Origin: Clostridium sp.
GTDB taxonomy: Bacteria > Bacillota > Clostridia > Clostridiales > Clostridiaceae
Length of the DNA stretch: 33,166 bases
Assembly: GCF_040797585.1 (NCBI RefSeq)
Contig: NZ_JBFNEO010000001.1
Span: forward strand, 1 to 33,166
Direction: 5' to 3'
Shown: in pieces, positions 27,567-33,166 of the stretch
How the letters are laid out: the number at the start of each line of letters is the position of its first letter
Position numbering within the stretch: position 1 is the stretch's first letter
Program-made: the position numbers and the translations under genes
Notes under the pieces: model-generated
Told to the model about the DNA's origin: nothing
Database searches by the model: none
The model's input: the letters and a program-made list of their open reading frames with translations, nothing else

Positions 27567-28022
27567 TTATTTCACCTCCAAGTATGTTTTTATAGCTCTA
27601 AGCTGAGATTCATAGCCTGTACATCTACATAAATTACCTGCTAAATATTGACGAATCTCATCATCACTTGGCTTGTTAAGTTCTTTTTTCATAGCTATAA
27701 CTGTCATTATAAAGCCTGGACTACAATATCCGCATTGATCTGCCCCTTGCTCTGCTAAAAGTTTTGCGAAGCTTTTAGCCTCCTCTTCAATTCCTTCTAT
27801 GGTGGTTATTTCTTTTCCATTAACTCTTACAGCTAAATAACTACAAGATAAGGTTGGTTTACCATCCACCCATATGCTACACAATCCACAGCACCCAGTA
27901 TCACATCCACGTCTAACACTTAGGTTTCCAATACCTCTAAGTACATCAACTAAAAAGGCATCATCTTCCACAGTTAACTTTGTGTTTTTTCCATTTAAAA
28001 TAATATCTATTATCTTTGACAT
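27567..28022 (-). CDS. Xanthine dehydrogenase-family 2x[2Fe-2S] subunit (paralog 1)
   Basis: GCDTGCCGLC..SC, TTIEG, QCGYCSPG, GNLCRCTGY. Confidence 0.93.
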   Translation of the reverse strand: MSKIIDIILNGKNTKLTVEDDAFLVDVLRGIGNLSVRRGCDTGCCGLCSIWVDGKPTLSCSYLAVRVNGKEITTIEGIEEEAKSFAKLLAEQGADQCGYCSPGFIMTVIAMKKELNKPSDDEIRQYLAGNLCRCTGYESQLRAIKTYLEVK

Positions 28023-28819
28023 GATAACCCCTCCATTATAGCTCTCTTAACTAATACCTTGCATAGACTTTTTCTATATTCTGCTGAGGCTCTCATATTA
28101 GATCCAAAGTTTAATTCCTCAGCTGCTATTTCAGCTGCTTTTTTAGCTATATCTTCATCTACCTTATTCTCCGATAAAAATGATGAAGCCTTTTCTGATT
28201 CTTTAGCTACTGCTGGTCTTGCTCCAACTACAACCTTCCACTTCCCATCTAAAAAGCTCACTCCAATATTAATTAAAGGATAATCGTTTATTTCATTTCT
28301 CATATCTTTATATACAGCTATTTTTGAGTTCTTTTTTATAAATATTCTAGTTAGAAGATCCTTCTCATTTTCTTCATAGGGCCTTTGAAGCCACTTCTCT
28401 AATGTTATTCTTCCTCGATTATATAGCTCTACCTCAGTATCCAAGGTTAAAAGCGCTGTTATAAGATCTGAAAATCCATATCTTGAATAAACTGTAGCTC
28501 CTACTGTTACAACATTTCTAAACTGTATCCCTACTATATTCCCTAATGCTTTCTCTAGAAATCTATTAAATTCTTTATTAAGCCCCTCATGGGTCTCTAA
28601 AGTCCTAAATGTTGTCATTGCTCCAATTTCAAAATAATCCTCAGTTTCCTTAACATAATCTAAGTCTAATTTAGATAATTCTACTGCTGTTCCTATTCTC
28701 TTTTTTCCCATTCTTAAAAAACCACAACCAGCTAAAATAGTATTTATCTTCTTTGCCTTAAGAAGTTTATAAGCCTCTTCTATACTTTCTGCTTGTACTA
28801 GCTCCATTAACGTAAACAA
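28010..28819 (-). CDS. Xanthine dehydrogenase-family FAD-binding subunit (paralog 1)
   Basis: IGAMTT, QFRNVVTVG, SDLITALL, MRASAEYR. TTG start with GGGGGA RBS; 13-nt overlap with the next gene. Confidence 0.9.
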   Translation of the reverse strand: MFTLMELVQAESIEEAYKLLKAKKINTILAGCGFLRMGKKRIGTAVELSKLDLDYVKETEDYFEIGAMTTFRTLETHEGLNKEFNRFLEKALGNIVGIQFRNVVTVGATVYSRYGFSDLITALLTLDTEVELYNRGRITLEKWLQRPYEENEKDLLTRIFIKKNSKIAVYKDMRNEINDYPLINIGVSFLDGKWKVVVGARPAVAKESEKASSFLSENKVDEDIAKKAAEIAAEELNFGSNMRASAEYRKSLCKVLVKRAIMEGLSCQR

Positions 28820-28928
28820 GTCTATTCCCCCTAATTAATATATTTGTTTTATTTGAAATTCAACTTTCGTCTTTTATGTTTATTTATTGAAAAATACTTA
28901 ATAATTTGGAAACTTTTTTTAATTTTAG

Positions 28929-28956
28929 ATTATATCACTTTACTTTCTTATTACAA
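28929..28956 (-). promoter_or_regulatory. SigA-type promoter for triad 1 / yqe operon
   Basis: TTGTAA-16 nt-TATAAT with an extended -10 (TGA-TATAAT). Confidence 0.55.
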
Positions 28957-29274
28957 CAAACTAATTATTGTTATTAGTAATAGATATTATTAATAGAATG
29001 GATACTAAATATATTTTTTAAATTTTGCTGATATTCACTTATTAATAATTTTTTTCATTTGTATATTTACGAATGTTTTCTTTATGAGTCATATAATAAT
29101 CAACATAATGTATTATAAATGGACATCATATATTTTCCGAATCTTCCAACTTTTATTCTTATAAAGCATAAGTTTTTATTATATGAAGTTTCTTAAGTCG
29201 AATATTCTTTTATAAATAACACTTAATATTCAAAAAAATTACCTAACTTAGTCACCCTATTGAATTTATTGACT

Positions 29275-29451
29275 TTTATAAATTCAAATTAGCCATTGTA
29301 CCCGTTTTAATATTTAACTATCATAAAAGTTTAAATTGATTCCTTATACCATTTAAATGAGCCTCTTGAAATTATTAGCTTTTATATGCTTAATCTTTGT
29401 GCTTTATAATTGAAAATTAACTATTGTTCCTATTTTAATAGTTAACTATCA
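29275..29451. repeat. Two-copy 49-bp direct repeat
   Basis: 29275-29323 versus 29403-29451: 40 of 49 identical without gaps (manual count), period 128 bp. Confidence 0.8.
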
Positions 29452-29474
29452 CAACATATTAAATTATATATTTG

Positions 29475-29507
29475 AATAAAAAATGCTGACTTAAGTCAGC
29501 ATTTTTT
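29475..29507 (-). terminator. Terminator after triad 2
   Basis: Perfect palindrome AAAAAATGCTGACTTAAGTCAGCATTTTTT directly after the stop codon. Confidence 0.85.
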
Positions 29508-31771
29508 TATTTATTTAGCATTGCCATAAAAACTTTCTCCCCAGTTATTGGTAAGTTCCTTATGTTAATTTTTGCTCCATTATAAACTGCATGAGCTATA
29601 GCAGGTGATGGTGTATTAACAACAACTTCTCCTACAGATTTTGCTCCAAAGGGACCAGTTTTCTCAAAACTAGGAACAAAGTCTACTATTATATTTCCCA
29701 CATCTTTTCTATTAGGTATCTTATATTGCATAAAAGTATTAGTGTCGAGTTTTCCTTTAGGGTTATAGTGTACCTCTTCATAAAGAGCAAGGCCTATGCC
29801 TTGTACAATTCCACCTTCTACCTGAACTCTTGCAAGATTAGGATTTATAACTGTTCCGCAGTCAACTACTGCTACATAATCTATTATATCTATTTTTCCT
29901 GTTTCTTTATCCAACTCTATTTCAACGAATCCAGCTATAAATGGTGGTGGAGAAACCTCACTTCCATGACTTCCAATACCAGTAAGATGTTCTGTCCTTG
30001 GTCCTACAGTTAGAATCTCTGCAAGATTTTTTAAATACATAGTTTTTCCATCCTTAGTAATAACCTTATCTCCAATAAAATCTATATCCTCTATGCTAAC
30101 TTCTAAAACTTCTGCTGCCTTAGAAATTATTTTACTCTTAAGATTTTCTGCGGCCTTAATTACAGCCATTCCTGTTACATAGGTAGTAGAAGATGCGTAG
30201 GATCCTGGATCATAAGGTGTTACATCTGTATCTGATGAAACCACTACTATATTATCTACTGTAGTTTCTAAAACCTCCGCTGCCATTTGGGCAAGTATAG
30301 TGTCACTTCCTGTTCCCATATCTGTTGACCCTATAAATAATATATACTCTCCACTATCTGAAAGCCTTATTTCTGACGATGAAGTATCTATGCCAGCTAT
30401 TCCTGATCCCTGCATCGTTACTGCCATTCCAACTGATCTTACCTTATTGTCTCCAATATCTACACACGGATATTTTTCATCCCATTTTATAAGCTCTTTT
30501 CCCTTTTCTATACACTTGTGTAAAGTGGAACTTGTCATAACCTTATTGTATGGATAAGTCATTTCCCCTTCCTTACATAAGTTTTTAAATCTTATCTCTA
30601 TGGGATCCATATTAAGTTTTTCTGCTAATTCATTAACAGCACACTCTATTGCAAAACATCCCTGAGTTGCTCCATACCCTCTAAAGGCCCCCGCTGGAAC
30701 CTTGTTAGTATAAACAACTTTTCCATGATATCTTCCTGCATTTATTTTATTATATAAAGGTATTGTTTTTTCCCCTACTACTCCAAAAACTGTGGAACAG
30801 TGCTCTCCGTAAGCTCCTGTATCTGATAACCCTTCTATATCTATTGCCTTTATATATCCTTCTTTATCTGCTCCTAATCTAACCTTAAATCTCATCCCAT
30901 GTCTACTAGTTGAACATTGGAATGTTTCTTTTCTATCATAGACAAGCTTAGCTGGCTTTCCTGTTTTTAGAGTAACTATAGCTGTGAAGATTTCAACACA
31001 AGCAGTTTGTTTTCCCCCAAATCCTCCACCTATTCTTGGTTTTATTACTCTTATTTTACTACCTGGTATTTGAAGAGCCCTAGATAGATGTCTCTTAACA
31101 TGGAAAGGTATTTGAGTTGAACTTACAACCACTAGTCTTCCCATATGATCCATGTAATTAAAAGCTCTGTAAGTTTCCATCATACAATGAGCCTGAGCTT
31201 GAGTGTAATAGGTTTCCTCTACTACATAATCACATTTTTTAAGTTCTTCCTCTACATTTCCGTGTTCAACGTATTCCTTAGAAGCTATATTTTTTTCCTT
31301 TTCCATTCCTATATTAAAATTACATTTTACTTCTTCCTCATGAACTATAGAACTATGGCCTTCTGCTGTTTCAAAATCTAGAACCGGCTCATAAACTTCA
31401 TACTTAACCTTTATAAGATCCATTGCCTTTAAGGCAGTTCTTTCATCTTTAGCAGCTATTATAGCTACCTCATCTCCTACATATCTAACTATTTCATCTA
31501 ATATAAGTCTATCGTAAGGAGATGGCTCTGGATAACTCTGTCCTGCTAAAGTAAATCTTTCCTTAGGCACATCTTTATAGGTTAATATACACTCTACTCC
31601 CGGAACTTTTAAAGCTCTTTCTATATCAATATCTAATATTTTAGCGAAACTATGGGGACTTCTTAAAAGTTTTACAACTAATGCATCCTTCATAGCTAAA
31701 TCATCAGTATATACTGGCTTACCAGTAGTTATTGACATAGCATCTATCTTTTTTATATTTTCCCCTATCAT
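29507..31771 (-). CDS. Xanthine dehydrogenase-family molybdopterin-binding subunit (paralog 2)
   Basis: LRSPHSFA, SSTQIPF, PRIGGGFGGKQ, AFRGYG, DMGTG, SYASSTT, GPFGAKSVGE. Confidence 0.93.
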   Translation of the reverse strand: MIGENIKKIDAMSITTGKPVYTDDLAMKDALVVKLLRSPHSFAKILDIDIERALKVPGVECILTYKDVPKERFTLAGQSYPEPSPYDRLILDEIVRYVGDEVAIIAAKDERTALKAMDLIKVKYEVYEPVLDFETAEGHSSIVHEEEVKCNFNIGMEKEKNIASKEYVEHGNVEEELKKCDYVVEETYYTQAQAHCMMETYRAFNYMDHMGRLVVVSSTQIPFHVKRHLSRALQIPGSKIRVIKPRIGGGFGGKQTACVEIFTAIVTLKTGKPAKLVYDRKETFQCSTSRHGMRFKVRLGADKEGYIKAIDIEGLSDTGAYGEHCSTVFGVVGEKTIPLYNKINAGRYHGKVVYTNKVPAGAFRGYGATQGCFAIECAVNELAEKLNMDPIEIRFKNLCKEGEMTYPYNKVMTSSTLHKCIEKGKELIKWDEKYPCVDIGDNKVRSVGMAVTMQGSGIAGIDTSSSEIRLSDSGEYILFIGSTDMGTGSDTILAQMAAEVLETTVDNIVVVSSDTDVTPYDPGSYASSTTYVTGMAVIKAAENLKSKIISKAAEVLEVSIEDIDFIGDKVITKDGKTMYLKNLAEILTVGPRTEHLTGIGSHGSEVSPPPFIAGFVEIELDKETGKIDIIDYVAVVDCGTVINPNLARVQVEGGIVQGIGLALYEEVHYNPKGKLDTNTFMQYKIPNRKDVGNIIVDFVPSFEKTGPFGAKSVGEVVVNTPSPAIAHAVYNGAKINIRNLPITGEKVFMAMLNK

Positions 31772-31774
31772 TGG

Positions 31775-32224
31775 TTACTCTCCCCCTAAATATTTCTTTA
31801 CTGCTCTCATTTGCCCCATATAACCAGTACATCTACATAGATTTCCTGCTAGATATTCTTTTATCTCTTCATCACTAGGATTATCTAATTCCTTTTTCAT
31901 AGCTATAACTGTTATTATAAATCCTGGACTACAAAATCCACACTGTTCAGCTCCCTCTGCTGAAAGTATTTCTGCAAACTCTCTAGCTTTATCTTCTAAT
32001 CCTTCAATAGTTACTATTTTAGAACCAACTGCTCTAGTTGTTAAATAACTACAGGATAATGTTGGCTTTTCATCTATTAAAATAGAACAAAGACCACATG
32101 ATCCTGTATCACACCCTCTTTTAACACTATAATTTCCAAGACCTCTTAATGTATCAACTAAATAATCATCTGGTGATATTTGAACCTTAACATCTATATT
32201 ATTAATATTTAAAATTACTTCCAT
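31775..32224 (-). CDS. Xanthine dehydrogenase-family 2x[2Fe-2S] subunit (paralog 2)
   Basis: GCDTGSCGLC..SC, QCGFCSPG, GNLCRCTGY. Confidence 0.93.
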   Translation of the reverse strand: MEVILNINNIDVKVQISPDDYLVDTLRGLGNYSVKRGCDTGSCGLCSILIDEKPTLSCSYLTTRAVGSKIVTIEGLEDKAREFAEILSAEGAEQCGFCSPGFIITVIAMKKELDNPSDEEIKEYLAGNLCRCTGYMGQMRAVKKYLGGE

Positions 32225-32227
32225 TAT

Positions 32228-33013
32228 CTATACCTCACTTACTGCTCTTTTTAATAATATTTTACAAACTTCTCTTCTATAGGAAGCAGAAGCTCTCATA
32301 TCACTTCCAAAAGAAACTTCCTCTTCAATAAGCTGGCACATCTTCTTTAAATTTTCTTCATTAATAGGATTTTCACTTATAAACTTACTAGCATCTTTTG
32401 CAATTATTGCATTAACTGGTCTTGCCCCTACTACAACTTTAAACTCATCATTAAATTTACTTACTGATAGGTTTAAAATAGGATAATCACTACTAGATTT
32501 CCTTATATATTTATATACAACTTGTCTACTATCCTTTTTTATACATATACTAACTAAAATATCTTTTTCATAAGGTCTTTTCATAAACTCGCAAAGTTTC
32601 ATTCTTCCACCCTTATAAAGATTCACTTCTACATCTAGAGCTAGTAATGCTGTTATTAAGTCTGAAAAACCATATTTAGAAAATACAGTAGCTCCTACAG
32701 TTACTACATTTCTAAATTGAACCCCTATAATTCCTTTTAAAGATTTACCAATTATTCCATTAAAATAACTATTTAACTCTTTATGAATTTCAATATCTCT
32801 AAAAGTTGTCATAGCTCCAATTTCAAATTCATCCTGACCTTCTTTTATGTATCTTAGATTAAGATTTGAAAGCTCTATGGCTGTTCCAATCCTTTTTCTT
32901 CCCATTCTTAAAAAAGCACTTCCCCCAATTAATGTGTTATTTTTCTTTTCCACTAATATGTTATAGGCTTCCTCAATTGAATTTGGTTGAACAAAATTCA
33001 TTAGTTTAAACAC
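32228..33013 (-). CDS. Xanthine dehydrogenase-family FAD-binding subunit (paralog 2)
   Basis: LIGGS, IGAMTT, QFRNVVTVG, SDLITALL, DMRASASYR. GTG start with GGGGGA RBS. Confidence 0.9.
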   Translation of the reverse strand: MFKLMNFVQPNSIEEAYNILVEKKNNTLIGGSAFLRMGRKRIGTAIELSNLNLRYIKEGQDEFEIGAMTTFRDIEIHKELNSYFNGIIGKSLKGIIGVQFRNVVTVGATVFSKYGFSDLITALLALDVEVNLYKGGRMKLCEFMKRPYEKDILVSICIKKDSRQVVYKYIRKSSSDYPILNLSVSKFNDEFKVVVGARPVNAIIAKDASKFISENPINEENLKKMCQLIEEEVSFGSDMRASASYRREVCKILLKRAVSEV

Positions 33014-33166
33014 TACATTTTCCCCCTAATGCCTTATTTAAGTCATCACTCTTAATATTTTTAAAAATTTATTTATCATTTAATTCATTATTAATATATC
33101 ACATAAAATAGAATAATACAAACAATTATATATTCAAATTTCTTATTGTTCGTATATATAAGAAGT

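Noticed and set aside
28820-29270. Purine riboswitch upstream of hydroxylase triad 1
   Set aside because: Could not find the UAUAA...AUGG...UUUCUACC...CCGUAAA core on the minus strand.
29275-29451. CRISPR array
   Set aside because: Only two degenerate copies, a 79-nt spacer, and no cas genes in the window.
17726-31381. Short + strand ORFs opposite mod/moa/yqe/xdh genes, including 25225-25563
   Set aside because: Antisense to well-supported genes, with no independent evidence.
1-33166. tRNA-Sec, selA/selB/selD, transposases, prophage or defence genes
   Set aside because: None recognisable in the ORF track or intergenic sequence of this window.

Overview
Low-GC clostridial (Clostridiaceae-like) chromosomal window with most genes on the minus strand. 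It has four blocks. (1) A partial truA and a SAM methyltransferase. (2) A complete Stickland D-proline reductase cluster: DUF2179 gene, prdR, sigma-54 promoter, prdC, prdA, small ORF, prdB, prdD, prdE, prdF and a TauE/SafE transporter. The ORF track truncates two genes at in-frame UGA codons. prdB is the known selenoprotein (U151). prdC also reads through a UGA (U370) that sits at a CxxxxxU-PG motif and is followed by a well-placed SECIS-like hairpin, so this operon appears to encode two selenoproteins. (3) A T-box-controlled archaeal/eukaryotic-type proS, a Pro/Gly/Met-repeat protein with a SigK-like promoter, and a BusR-like GntR-RCK_C regulator divergent from N5-(carboxyethyl)ornithine synthase. 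(4) A molybdenum/selenium block: modA, MOSC gene, moaA, modB, moaC, MoeA-like gene, mogA, then yqeB-mocA-yqeC, then two tandem paralogous xanthine-dehydrogenase-family triads. The intergenic DNA also carries a dispersed structured repeat family (at least three copies plus fragments), a 49-bp direct repeat and PurBox-like motifs. All calls come from manual reading and motif recognition; no database searches were run.
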